Shown: positions 29,743 to 39,140 of the stretch, piece by piece
Numbering within the stretch: position 1 is the first letter of the stretch
How the letters are laid out: each line of letters begins with the position of its first letter
Source: Candidatus Thorarchaeota archaeon
GTDB taxonomy: Archaea; Asgardarchaeota; Thorarchaeia; Thorarchaeales; Thorarchaeaceae
Direction of reading: 5' to 3'
Assembly: GCA_011364905.1 (NCBI GenBank)
Contig: RDNZ01000005.1
Span: 49,313-113,312 of the forward strand
Length of the DNA stretch: 64,000 nt
Notes under the pieces: generated by a model
Database searches by the model: none
What the model was told of the DNA's origin: nothing
Seen by the model: the letters and a program-made list of their open reading frames with translations, nothing else
Translations under genes and position numbers: made by a program

Positions 29743-29770
29743 CGTTGAACCTCTAGCAGTTTCTCAATCC

Positions 29771-30154
29771 CTATTGCTCACCGGTAGACTCTCTTGCAGC
29801 ACCCAACTCGGAAATTGATGGAACTGAACCATCATCTACAAGTATCTCATATTTCCCAGAGCGGCCAAGAGAGAGTTGAATCTTCCCCCGCCATTCTTTG
29901 GCCCAGCCATCAATAATTCTAATCACCTTTCCAGCAGATAGATCAGTTCCTTCATTGAATCCCCAAAGCGAGAGGATCGTAGATCCAGTATCATCAGCTA
30001 CGAGAACTTCAATGAGTTGGGTTTTCCGCCCGGTTCTAGTGCTTATCATTTTAGGTGGGGCCATGGAAACAACACGGACAACCAAGTCGGTCACATTCTT
30101 TTCTGGTTCGACATCGGATAGTTTCAAGAAGATTCCTCTATCTTGATGACGCAC
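29771..30154 (-). CDS. Single OB-fold ssDNA-binding protein (SSB/RPA-like)
   Basis: V.VRVVS...LVADDTGSTILSLW...GKVIRI..GWAKEWRGKIQLSLG. Confidence 0.85.
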   Translation of the reverse strand: MRHQDRGIFLKLSDVEPEKNVTDLVVRVVSMAPPKMISTRTGRKTQLIEVLVADDTGSTILSLWGFNEGTDLSAGKVIRIIDGWAKEWRGKIQLSLGRSGKYEILVDDGSVPSISELGAARESTGEQ

Positions 30155-30187
30155 ATACTAGCAAATCAGTTTTTCCGATTATCGAAA

Positions 30188-32017
30188 CTATTCGGATTCC
30201 GTTTCGTCATCGTTGGAATCCAGAAGTTTATCGAGTTCTGCGAGTGTTTCTCCATTAAGCGGAAGATATGGAGTATCTTCATCCTCTTCTTCATCCGCAG
30301 TGGTTTTGGATTCGGCTGTCCCTGTACCACCTACCGAGCGATCTAGGGGCCCCAGAAAAGCCTCAAGCTCTTCAAGAGATTCAGCATCTATCTCACTGGG
30401 TTCCTCAGGTTCATGCAAGAAGGGAATAGTTTCATCACTCCCAATTGCCTGAAGCGCTGTGTCAAGGTCCTCGTCAGAAGCATGGTCAATCTCCTGCGCA
30501 ATCATATTGTCAAAATCATCTGCTTCAAGAGCTTCAAAGATGATGTCTTTGGCCATCTGTGCTGCATCCGTAATTTCTTCCACGAGAGCAGGGCCTAGGT
30601 CTTCAGAAGCTACAACGGTGGTTTCCATATCAAGCTCTATTGGTTCATGCTCTTGCACAGATTCAATTGCGGGTCCGGACTCTGGCTCTTGTTCAATTTG
30701 GATGGCTATTTCTTCTGTGGCATCGCCTATTAGAGCCTCTATCTCAATTTCCTCTTCTAACATTGGCTCTTCTACCTCCTCAGCCTCTGTCACTTCAGAT
30801 TCCAATTGAGCGGCTTCGACCTCAGGTTCCACTAGTGATGCTTCGGCCTCCTCAGCAGGTGTTTCTTCAATCTCTGCGGGTTCTTCCTCTACTTCGAACT
30901 CCTCTTCTACTATCTCCTCTTCCCCTTCCTCGATAATCTCATATTCCTCAAGATTCTCGATTACGTGGCCTTCTTCATCAACATAGACTTCTTCGTATTC
31001 TTCTGCCTCTTCGTATTCTTCTTCAGCTTCTGCCTTTTCCACCTCGACCATCTCTGCGTGTGAAGTTTCAGCTATGGCCTCTTCAGTAGCGGCTTCTGTA
31101 AACTTAAGCAGTTCCGAGGCTGGTAGGTCAGGCAGGGCGACTCCCACATATTGGGCAGCAGCATTCATGAGGATTCGAAGCATTTCATCTCGGCGTTCTT
31201 TGTCAATGGCCACCATTGGATAGGTGGGTATTCCCAGCACCTTTTGGACCACCTCAGGTTTCATCGCATTTGGTTTGTCCTGTTTATTCGCCATGGCAAA
31301 GACTGGGACCTTAGGAGCATCCCTTTTGATCAGTTTCAATATGTCCTTACTAATGATGACATTCCTCAGCGTAGAGTCACACACTAGAAAGATGACATCG
31401 GCACCATGAAAATAAAATCGCCATAAAGTTCTGAAACGCTCTTGCCCTGCAAAGTCCCACAGAACCAGAGAGTAATTACCAAATCGAATATTCTCAACAG
31501 TTTCCAGATTCAAAGCGATTGTAGGCACATATTGAAGGGGGGGAGTGTCACCAAGGAGCAAATGCAGTGTGGTTGTTTTACCAACACCTCCTTCCCCAAC
31601 CAAAGCGATCTTGAGACGAGTAGTCACAGATGGTTCAATTAGAATTGCATAATTCTTTACAGCGCCTTCAATGCCCTCCTTTTTGAACTTCGTTCGGAGA
31701 GCTTTGAGAGCCAAATCAATTTTCTCGAATGTACTGCCTTCGTCTTCACCCTTATCGGTAACAAAGACCAGAACTGAGTCCTCTATCCAATCTTTCCCGA
31801 GAAACTTATGGTCACCAACCACCAAGGGCAATTCTGAAACTTGACCGGGTTCCGTTCTGAGCTCTTCTCTGGTTGAGATGAATTCATTCAGCTCATCTCT
31901 ATCCACATCAACAGGCCAGTATTGAGTCGCAGCGATTATCTGCCGCGTGGAAATGCGAACGAGGAAGGTGTTGTGGATCACTTCAATATCACCAGTTTCT
32001 ATCACATCAAGAGGCAA
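30188..32017 (-). CDS. Arf-like small GTPase with N-terminal alpha/beta domain and ~300-aa acidic tail
   Basis: GEGGVGKTT, PTIALN, WDFAGQERFRTLWRFYF, NKQD; the C-terminal half is extremely E/D-rich. Confidence 0.88.
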   Translation of the reverse strand: MPLDVIETGDIEVIHNTFLVRISTRQIIAATQYWPVDVDRDELNEFISTREELRTEPGQVSELPLVVGDHKFLGKDWIEDSVLVFVTDKGEDEGSTFEKIDLALKALRTKFKKEGIEGAVKNYAILIEPSVTTRLKIALVGEGGVGKTTTLHLLLGDTPPLQYVPTIALNLETVENIRFGNYSLVLWDFAGQERFRTLWRFYFHGADVIFLVCDSTLRNVIISKDILKLIKRDAPKVPVFAMANKQDKPNAMKPEVVQKVLGIPTYPMVAIDKERRDEMLRILMNAAAQYVGVALPDLPASELLKFTEAATEEAIAETSHAEMVEVEKAEAEEEYEEAEEYEEVYVDEEGHVIENLEEYEIIEEGEEEIVEEEFEVEEEPAEIEETPAEEAEASLVEPEVEAAQLESEVTEAEEVEEPMLEEEIEIEALIGDATEEIAIQIEQEPESGPAIESVQEHEPIELDMETTVVASEDLGPALVEEITDAAQMAKDIIFEALEADDFDNMIAQEIDHASDEDLDTALQAIGSDETIPFLHEPEEPSEIDAESLEELEAFLGPLDRSVGGTGTAESKTTADEEEDEDTPYLPLNGETLAELDKLLDSNDDETESE

Positions 32018-32119
32018 TGCCCAGAGGCCTTAACGCCAGTAGGTTAATTTCATTGAGTATAGATTAAGATGTCCCGTGTGTATATTTCGATATTCTGTAT
32101 ATCCATTCTTGGTATTAGA

Positions 32120-32388
32120 GAAGGAAAACGTTGGAGCGGCGGGTTCGCCGAGGCGAACCTTCCGCATCCGTGGAGCTCTTCGCAACAGGATGCATGGTAA
32201 AATCAAATTACATGCGCAAGACTGCCCAGTTATGGGCAATAGGGACCTAGAACTCACTTTGGGACCGTGTTTGCTGCGAGTTCCTGACGGGGGAAGCCAT
32301 GCAACCCTGTCATGAAGATTCACAGGTCCGAAGGGCAAAATACCATATGAAGCTTTCTAGGTTTTCAAAAGGCGTTTCTTAGTCGGAA
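32120..32388 (-). ncRNA. Candidate ~260-nt multi-helix non-coding RNA of unknown family
   Basis: At least seven helices within 32136-32329, an upstream TTTAATA box (32411-32417 on minus) and a terminal GC hairpin followed by a pyrimidine tract. Confidence 0.55.
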
Positions 32389-32506
32389 TTCACTGGAATT
32401 ATCGCAGTATTATTAAAGACTGATTGAGGAAATCGCAGAGGTTTGGAACATGCGTTTTCCATTTTAGTTTCAGCGAAGTATGAGTTATCAAATCCAGTGA
32501 TTGCAT

Positions 32507-33646
32507 TCAGCGCGGGAAGTTGTCTCTGAGTAATCGCAGGTGATGATGTACCATTTCCATCTGTTTTGGATCATCAGGTGTTTTCTCAAGGTCAGTGACG
32601 AGTGTTTGCAGGAAATACTCAGGGAAGAAGAGTCTGACACGGATGTCGTTCAAGAGGAACAACCATTTGTCGTAATCACCTGATGCACCCTTGCGTCGCT
32701 TCTCAGATATTATTCTGAACTTCTTGAGTGTCTGAATCGCAGACTTCAACTCTTTTGGTGGGATGGCGAGGGTCGCTTCTAGTTCAGAGATATTTACAGG
32801 TCTCCTTCGTAATTCACTAAGAGTATCATAGCAGTCAGGGTCTGCCAATACTTGTGCTACGGAAACAGTGTCTTCTGGGGTCTTCTGCCACTCTGTCAAG
32901 AACTCCAGAACTTCGGCTTTATATTCGGCAGCAAGCTCAGGGTCCAAAACACTGCTAGCGGCTTCCATGGCCACTAACGGCGGAGCTCGGAAAACCTCCA
33001 AATCCTTAATCATGAAGACACAGGTTCGACCAATCTCATCAACCCACTCTGTCTTTACAAGACCCAATTCTTCGAAGGGAGCGATTACAGAATCAACGCT
33101 TACACTTGGTAGTCCTGTAACCATCTTGAGCCACTCCTCAAGCTCCTCCTTAGAGATTCCGCCTTTCCAGAGCTTGGGAAAAACAGCTCGTGAAATCTCA
33201 TCAGAAAACAGTCGTGCTAAACGCGACTCATCAGTCATTCCTGCAAGCCGAATGATTCTGCGATAGGTATTGTCGAGCTCAACCTTCAGTTCAGCATCAG
33301 TCATGGCTACGACAGCGTTGGTGAGTGGCGTCACGATTGAGGTTATCGCGGCCTCGTAAGTCTTCGGATCCTCAGAAGGTGTGAGTAACAAGGAAACGCA
33401 ATACTGTTCCTCTTCTCTGACAATCCCTGTGTAATAAGAAGCCACACCATACTCTTCACCCCCAATTCTAACACTTAGTGATGAGAATCCAGCTGTGGCG
33501 TCACCCATAGCATGTGACGTGAAGATACGCATGATCTCCGTATTGAGATCCTCTCTGTAGTAGTCCGCAAAGTCCGCAGGAACTTTCGCCTTTAGGACAG
33601 CGCCAATCTTTGAGTCCCAGTCTATTAGCAGCATCGCAACGGGCAT
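32507..33646 (-). CDS. Longin/uDENN-like N-terminal domain protein with C-terminal winged-helix domains
   Basis: Longin-like start (LLIDWDSKIGAVLKAKVP...SYY...YCVSLLL...EDP..YE); two wHTH-like segments (ISKEELEEWL..APFEELGLVK; VNISELE..LKSAIQTLKKFRII). Confidence 0.6.
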   Translation of the reverse strand: MPVAMLLIDWDSKIGAVLKAKVPADFADYYREDLNTEIMRIFTSHAMGDATAGFSSLSVRIGGEEYGVASYYTGIVREEEQYCVSLLLTPSEDPKTYEAAITSIVTPLTNAVVAMTDAELKVELDNTYRRIIRLAGMTDESRLARLFSDEISRAVFPKLWKGGISKEELEEWLKMVTGLPSVSVDSVIAPFEELGLVKTEWVDEIGRTCVFMIKDLEVFRAPPLVAMEAASSVLDPELAAEYKAEVLEFLTEWQKTPEDTVSVAQVLADPDCYDTLSELRRRPVNISELEATLAIPPKELKSAIQTLKKFRIISEKRRKGASGDYDKWLFLLNDIRVRLFFPEYFLQTLVTDLEKTPDDPKQMEMVHHHLRLLRDNFPR

Positions 33647-33811
33647 TTTACTTCGCTCCCAGTCCCTGGAGTATGGTAAGTATAAAGCCAGATTATTATT
33701 TGATGCATGGGGCCAGCCTAAAAAACCTTGTCTTATTTGGCTCCGACTATTAGAAATATCGAACTGTTCAGCGCTTTTTAGATGGGCCTTTTTTAAGCCC
33801 GAAAAGTAGTT

Positions 33812-34495
33812 CTATTCACTCATTATCAGGGTGTCTGTTATTATATCGTATATTTCATCAACCACTCGCTCAAGTGACTGCTCAGAATTAATAATTCTGA
33901 ATGTCCCCACATCGTTTTCAGCTATCTCAAGATATGCTTGACGAACCTTGACAAGACGATCGAGCTTCTCAAACTGTAGATTAGCTTTCCCAGTCCGACC
34001 AGTAGCTCGTTCCAAGCCAATCTTTGCTGGTACATCGAGAATGAACACAATATCAGGTTCTGGTGAAGAGATCTCTTCACGGTTTCTTCTGAGGATTTCT
34101 TTCCAGGAGAGATTTGTGACTGTTGATTGATAAGCTCCCGTAGCAAAGAAATACCTGTCTAGAAGAACCACTTTGCCTTCCTTAAGAGCTGGGAGAATTC
34201 TATTTGCAATATGCCATTCACGGTCTCGGATGAAAAGTTCAAGCTCCTCCTCCGGAGTGAGTTCTCCTTTTGGAGACCGCTCTCTAATTTCCTTTCCCCA
34301 CTGACTTTCATTGGTGGGCTCTCGAAGATGAATAACGGTATAACCATCTGACGTGAGCCGCTTTAGCAATTCCTTGCAAGCACAAGTCTTGCCTGAACCG
34401 TCAATTCCCTCAAGGACGAAGAGAAAGCCACTGTACTCTTTTTTAGCTTCATCAACCAAGACGGAAATCCCCGCTGTGTAAACAGGATTTCTCAA
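33812..34495 (-). CDS. tmk: Thymidylate kinase
   Basis: FVLEGIDGSGKT, REPT, LDRYFFATGAYQ, PDIVFILDV. Confidence 0.95.
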   Translation of the reverse strand: MRNPVYTAGISVLVDEAKKEYSGFLFVLEGIDGSGKTCACKELLKRLTSDGYTVIHLREPTNESQWGKEIRERSPKGELTPEEELELFIRDREWHIANRILPALKEGKVVLLDRYFFATGAYQSTVTNLSWKEILRRNREEISSPEPDIVFILDVPAKIGLERATGRTGKANLQFEKLDRLVKVRQAYLEIAENDVGTFRIINSEQSLERVVDEIYDIITDTLIMSE

Positions 34496-34585
34496 ACTCG
34501 AGTACGTATTAGATGCTTCGGTAAGGTCCCAAAAAGCAAAGCTTAAATTATTGATGTTGTAGGACAGGTTGACCTATCCTAGGGT

Positions 34586-35089
34586 GTGAATGCCACGCGG
34601 CGACAAGGATATTCTCTCGCTCTTACACTCATTGTGGTTCTGATGATGACTCTAGCTATCACAATAGACGCGCAGGGTGATAATGAGAACATCGTTGCAG
34701 CGCAGGGAATCACACTCAGTATAGACTTTGGAAATGGAACAACCAGAGAATATGACAACCTCAATGGATCAACTGTTCTCGATGTCACATCGTCAGTTCT
34801 TGATGTTCAAGTGCAATGGTATGGATCATTTGCATATATCAGAGGAATAGAAGGGCATGTTGGCGCGGGAGATACTGGGTGGGAGTATTGGGTGAATGGA
34901 GAATTCGCATCAATTGCGGTAAATCTCTATGTGCTTCATGATGGTGACTCAATATTGTGGAGGTATACAAATCCTCAACCACAAACGCAGTATGACCCAA
35001 CATTCATCCCAGGATTGATTGTTGTATCGCTATCTGGCATGGGATTCCTAGGTATTGTCTACATTCAAACATCGAGGAGAATAAAATGA
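34586..35089 (+). CDS. DUF4430 (transcobalamin C-terminal-like) membrane-anchored protein
   Basis: Signal peptide, TVLD, YIRGIEG, WEYWVNGE, Y.LHDGDSILW, C-terminal TM helix. Confidence 0.8.
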   Translation: MNATRRQGYSLALTLIVVLMMTLAITIDAQGDNENIVAAQGITLSIDFGNGTTREYDNLNGSTVLDVTSSVLDVQVQWYGSFAYIRGIEGHVGAGDTGWEYWVNGEFASIAVNLYVLHDGDSILWRYTNPQPQTQYDPTFIPGLIVVSLSGMGFLGIVYIQTSRRIK

Positions 35090-35826
35090 AACACAGTTTT
35101 GCCACTATGCTAGTTATTGCAGTGCTTCTTTTTCCAATCAGTGTTCAAGCACAAACAAGCGATTTTGGCGTAAGTAAAGGAAATTCGGTAATTTGGGACG
35201 TCGAAATTGGCACTAACTTCACGCTATGGTATACTGGCGGTGGATATTGTGCAATTGAAAACGGGAGTACTATGAGTTTCGATGTATCAGAAGTGAATCA
35301 GGAGGTTTTCGGCATATTGAATATCGGAAATGTGACTGTGCCAGCAAATGACACCGCGGTTGCCCTTGATTTGACCCTGGGAATCTGGCCAAGTTGGTTG
35401 ACTGGGTTATTCGTTGAGGTTGGTCAACAGAATATCCATAATCTCAATGAATCAGCTTATGCGGCAGCGGAGAGAGTATCAGGAAACTGGATGAATGGAA
35501 CAATCACCTCACGATATGAGAACATCTCAGTGGGTGAGGGCCTTCAGGAATGCATTGTGTTTGATTATCAACAAGACCCGCCTGGAACTCAGATCACTCA
35601 TCTTGCATATTCCTTAGCCTTTGGCGTGCTTGTCGAAGCTAATACAAGTGTGACATTCGGAAGCACCTACAAGCTTGTCCTTTCACTCAGGGGGGATCAA
35701 GGCTACCCAACAGTAGTTGACTTCAGTGCGAACTTGGGGAGATTGATTGTGTTTGGAGGGGTTGTGGGAGGCGGATTGCTTGCTGTGATAGTCATTGTAT
35801 ATGTACAATTAAGCCGCAAGAAGTAA
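35086..35826 (+). CDS. Secreted protein with C-terminal TM anchor
   Basis: Signal peptide, many NxS/T sequons, C-terminal TM helix ending in RKK. Confidence 0.7.
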   Translation: MKHSFATMLVIAVLLFPISVQAQTSDFGVSKGNSVIWDVEIGTNFTLWYTGGGYCAIENGSTMSFDVSEVNQEVFGILNIGNVTVPANDTAVALDLTLGIWPSWLTGLFVEVGQQNIHNLNESAYAAAERVSGNWMNGTITSRYENISVGEGLQECIVFDYQQDPPGTQITHLAYSLAFGVLVEANTSVTFGSTYKLVLSLRGDQGYPTVVDFSANLGRLIVFGGVVGGGLLAVIVIVYVQLSRKK

Positions 35827-35844
35827 TGCAGAAGGGATGGTTGG

Positions 35845-36483
35845 GTGGAAACCGAGAAGTCACAGAGAAAGATTAGCGACAGTAGATGGATTTCCATTAC
35901 TGCCATCATGACTGCTTTGGCGTTGGTTGGCAACTACGCTCTGGTAGCTATACCAAATCTAGAGTTGGGATCAACTGTACTGTTTGTAACAGCATATATC
36001 TTTGGAGCAGCGATGGCCATCTGGTCAACGCTCATCATGTCCGTACTCTTCGGCATCATCAATCCGTGGGGAGCATTTATTCCGCAAATATGGATCTCTC
36101 AGGTGATTGGGTGGTTCTACATAGTCGCAATCGGGTCAATCATGGGAAGGCAGGGTAAGTCAGGAAAACGACTGCAGCCAAAAGGATGGGAACTTGCTGT
36201 CACTGGAGCTTTCGTGACGTTCATTTTTGAGCAAATCACTAACCTTGGATATTCGGTCACTTTTGCTGTTCCGTTCATAATAGCAGTAACAGCTGCGATT
36301 CCATTCTCGGTCATTCACATTGTTTCCAATGCTGTAATCTTCGCTCAAGTTGTTCCTATGATGGATACCGCTTTGAGGAAACAGTTCAAAGACCTTATCT
36401 GGAATGCCGAATCAAGCATAAAAGTCGAAACATTGGAGTATGTGCAATTTGACATGGAAGGAAGAGTTCATCAGGCTCTCTGA
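35845..36483 (+). CDS. ECF transporter S component (CbrT-like)
   Basis: AIMTALA (AxxxAL motif), IPNLE, about 6 TM helices, HIVSN. Confidence 0.8.
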   Translation: METEKSQRKISDSRWISITAIMTALALVGNYALVAIPNLELGSTVLFVTAYIFGAAMAIWSTLIMSVLFGIINPWGAFIPQIWISQVIGWFYIVAIGSIMGRQGKSGKRLQPKGWELAVTGAFVTFIFEQITNLGYSVTFAVPFIIAVTAAIPFSVIHIVSNAVIFAQVVPMMDTALRKQFKDLIWNAESSIKVETLEYVQFDMEGRVHQAL

Positions 36484-37087
36484 AGCTGCAGATGGTCGTG
36501 TCGCACCAGCTTTCAAGCCACATCACGCTGCAGTTGGTCTGATTATGATTGCCAGAGAGCAACCTCTCGGGAGATATGAACTCTGTGAAAAGATGTCGAT
36601 AGGGGAGGGAAGTGTAAGAACCCTGCTGAAAAGACTCACAGAGGCGGAATACATTGAACCTGAAGGAAAGCAGGGACAACGCTTGACAGCCAATGGAAAG
36701 AGGCTGTTCGAGGAGATGTCTCGCGACGTCCCGATTGGATTGATGCTAGACATTCACAGACTTGTGATGTACGAATACGCATATGCGAACTTGGTCAGAA
36801 ACAAGGCATCGGAGGTAACCGATGGTGTTCGACAAAGAGATGAGGCAATCATCCAAGGGGGCTACGGTAAAGCAGGTGCGACAACCTTAATCCAAAGGAA
36901 CATTCGTTTGGTCATGCCTCCTGACGATTTTCACATTCTTGTTGCCTACGAGCCTGAAACACTTCTTATCATTGAGAGCCTTAGACCAGAGAACAACGAC
37001 GTTGTTGTCATTGGCTCTGCGGATGATCCAAACTTGGCCAGGGAGGTCTCAATGGCCGCAGTCATGACACTCTTTGATGAGGGGTAG
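36440..37087 (+). CDS. Winged-helix protein of the DUF4443/DUF2111 type
   Basis: PLGR..L...MSIGEGSVRTLLKRL, QRDEAI..G..GATTL. Confidence 0.75.
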   Translation: MCNLTWKEEFIRLSEAADGRVAPAFKPHHAAVGLIMIAREQPLGRYELCEKMSIGEGSVRTLLKRLTEAEYIEPEGKQGQRLTANGKRLFEEMSRDVPIGLMLDIHRLVMYEYAYANLVRNKASEVTDGVRQRDEAIIQGGYGKAGATTLIQRNIRLVMPPDDFHILVAYEPETLLIIESLRPENNDVVVIGSADDPNLAREVSMAAVMTLFDEG

Positions 37088-37089
37088 GT

Positions 37090-37923
37090 ATGCAATCAGA
37101 CCTTTTCGGCAATGTACCGGAGATTGTCATTGATGTACATGAAACTGGCGGAAAACGGAAGAATGCTGTGAAGCACCTCATGTCCATGTTGGACAAGGAG
37201 CAAATCACATACTCCGTTCAGAAAATCCCCATCGGAGACATCCTTGGAGTTGACGGCATCGCAATCGAGAGAAAGACCGTTAGTGATCTTGTGAACACAC
37301 TGAAAGGCAGCGCTTCAGGCGTACCGAGGCTAACCAAGCAACTGGATGCGCTTGTTTCATATGACAAGCCCTATGTCTTGATTGAGAACATTCTTGCGAT
37401 TCGGAGAGACCCCGTAAAGAGTTGTATCTACATTCCATTCTCGACCAAACAGACCAAGGGAAAACCATACTATGTGACAATGGAACGCGCCAGCTTCATT
37501 CATCCAAATTCATTAGATGCCCTAATAGATAGCATAGGTGAGAGAGGAATCACGATTCTCAAAGGTTTCAATGCGCTCCATTCAGCAGGATTGCTCTACG
37601 GAGTCCTAGTGGGTGAAGAGGCGAAAAGAGAGCAAAAAGGACAACGTCTTCCCGTGATAAGAACAAGGAAAGGACTGGACTCTATGAATGATGAACAGGA
37701 ATTCTTCATCGCTGGCTTTCCTGGCATTAATGTCGTTCGTGCAAAGAGTATTCTCGAACACTTTGGATCACCTCAAGAGGCGATCCTTCAGATTGATGAC
37801 TGGGGTAAAATACCAGGGATAGGTCCAAAAACTATAGCTTCAGCAAAGAAGCTCCTCTACTCGGACTATGAAGTCGCAGAAGGAGAGACTTCTGAGACTA
37901 ATGATGATCCAGTGAACTCTTGA
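37090..37923 (+). CDS. xpf: Short-form XPF/ERCC4 structure-specific endonuclease (nuclease + HhH2)
   Basis: IDVHE, GDI, IERKTVSDL, LIE; C-terminal PGINVVRA and IPGIGPKT hairpins; no helicase domain. Confidence 0.85.
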   Translation: MQSDLFGNVPEIVIDVHETGGKRKNAVKHLMSMLDKEQITYSVQKIPIGDILGVDGIAIERKTVSDLVNTLKGSASGVPRLTKQLDALVSYDKPYVLIENILAIRRDPVKSCIYIPFSTKQTKGKPYYVTMERASFIHPNSLDALIDSIGERGITILKGFNALHSAGLLYGVLVGEEAKREQKGQRLPVIRTRKGLDSMNDEQEFFIAGFPGINVVRAKSILEHFGSPQEAILQIDDWGKIPGIGPKTIASAKKLLYSDYEVAEGETSETNDDPVNS

Positions 37924-37990
37924 TATTGCCAGCTCACAAGTTTTAAAAGAAGTAACTATTCTATGACTATAGAATACTTGACAAGGTGAA

Positions 37991-39085
37991 ATGACTATGG
38001 GAGATGTCCGAATAGCAATCGCAGGACTCGGAAACTGTGCGTCTGCACTCATACAAGGCACACACTATTATAGAAACGCCAAGGCAGATGAAGAAGTTCC
38101 TGGTCTAATGCATGTTGATTTTGGAGGTTATTTTCCTAAGGACCTAAAGGTCGTGGCAGCTTTTGAGGCAAACAGGAAGAAGATTGGACTCGATGTTGCC
38201 GAAGCTATGTGGGCGGAACCCAATTGCTGCGCTGCGTTTGCCCCCGACTTCCCAAAAACGGGTGTTAAGGTATTGCCCGGACCCATCTCGGATGGTGTAG
38301 CTCCTCACATGCGAGAATCTTTCTTCGCATATGACGAGAAGGAAGTAGAACCGGTAAATGTTGCGGAAGAGCTGAAGAAAGCAAAGGCAGACTTGCTTGT
38401 CACATACCTCCCGGTTGGGAGTGCTGATGGCACTAGGATTTATGCTAAGGCCGCATTAGAAGCCGAGATTGGATACATTAATGCCATCCCAGAGTTCATT
38501 GTTTCTGACCCCAAATCACCGATTGCGCAAGCATTCGAAAAGAAGGGACTTCCTTGTGCAGGCGATGACATCAAGAGCCAACTAGGTGCGACAATCTTGC
38601 ATCGTGTCCTAGCTCAACTATTTGACAAAAGAGGGCTTATTCTGAATAATACATACCAGCTCAACATAGGCGGAAATACTGATTTTGAAAATATGCAGGT
38701 TGAGAACAGATTGACCTCAAAGAGGATTAGTAAGACCGAGGCAGTCACAAGCTGTGTTGATTACGAACTCCCAACCAAGATTGGTCCAAGTGACTATGTG
38801 CCATTTTTGGGAGATAACAAAGTTTGCTACATTAGTATGCGTTCGAGAGCCTTTGGAGACTTACCAATAGACCTCGATCTGAAATTGTCAGTCCAAGACT
38901 CACCGAACAGTGGTGGCGTTATTATCGATGTTGCCAGAGCCGTTAAAATCGCTCTGGACCGAGGCATAGGAGGAGAACTATCCAGTATCAGCTCCTATAG
39001 TTTCAAGCACCCAAGATATCAGATAGACGACTTCGAAGCAAGAAATCGCGTAGATGAGTTTATCGAGGGCAAACGCGAACGGTAG
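37991..39085 (+). CDS. ino1: myo-inositol-1-phosphate synthase
   Basis: AGLGNCASALIQG, YLPVGS, GDDIKSQLGAT, QLNIGGNTDF, SKRISKT, DSPNSGG. Confidence 0.96.
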   Translation: MTMGDVRIAIAGLGNCASALIQGTHYYRNAKADEEVPGLMHVDFGGYFPKDLKVVAAFEANRKKIGLDVAEAMWAEPNCCAAFAPDFPKTGVKVLPGPISDGVAPHMRESFFAYDEKEVEPVNVAEELKKAKADLLVTYLPVGSADGTRIYAKAALEAEIGYINAIPEFIVSDPKSPIAQAFEKKGLPCAGDDIKSQLGATILHRVLAQLFDKRGLILNNTYQLNIGGNTDFENMQVENRLTSKRISKTEAVTSCVDYELPTKIGPSDYVPFLGDNKVCYISMRSRAFGDLPIDLDLKLSVQDSPNSGGVIIDVARAVKIALDRGIGGELSSISSYSFKHPRYQIDDFEARNRVDEFIEGKRER

Positions 39086-39093
39086 TAAATATC

Positions 39094-39135
39094 AAAAAAA
39101 GAAGAGCCAGCCTAGAAGTAACTAGGCTGCTTTTA
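39094..39135. terminator. Probable bidirectional terminator between convergent ino1 and the M42 peptidase gene
   Basis: CAGCCTAG (39108-39115) / CTAGGCTG (39122-39129) flanked by A7 and T4. Confidence 0.65.
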
Positions 39136-39140
39136 ATTCT

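Noticed and set aside
30780-31060. Tandem repeat or CRISPR-like array in the TTC/CTC-rich tract
   Set aside because: This is the low-complexity Glu-codon sequence of the acidic tail, with no fixed repeat-spacer period.
32030-32338. ORFs 32030-32338 (-) and 32076-32315 (+)
   Set aside because: No recognisable motifs and atypical composition; they overlap a region better explained by RNA helices.
32120-32388. Identification of the structured region as RNase P RNA, SRP RNA or a cobalamin riboswitch
   Set aside because: No GAGGAAAGUCC/ACAGAA..GGCUUA pair was found. CAGGTCCGAAGGGCA only loosely resembles SRP helix 8 and lacks AGCA. The B12-box elements are incomplete.
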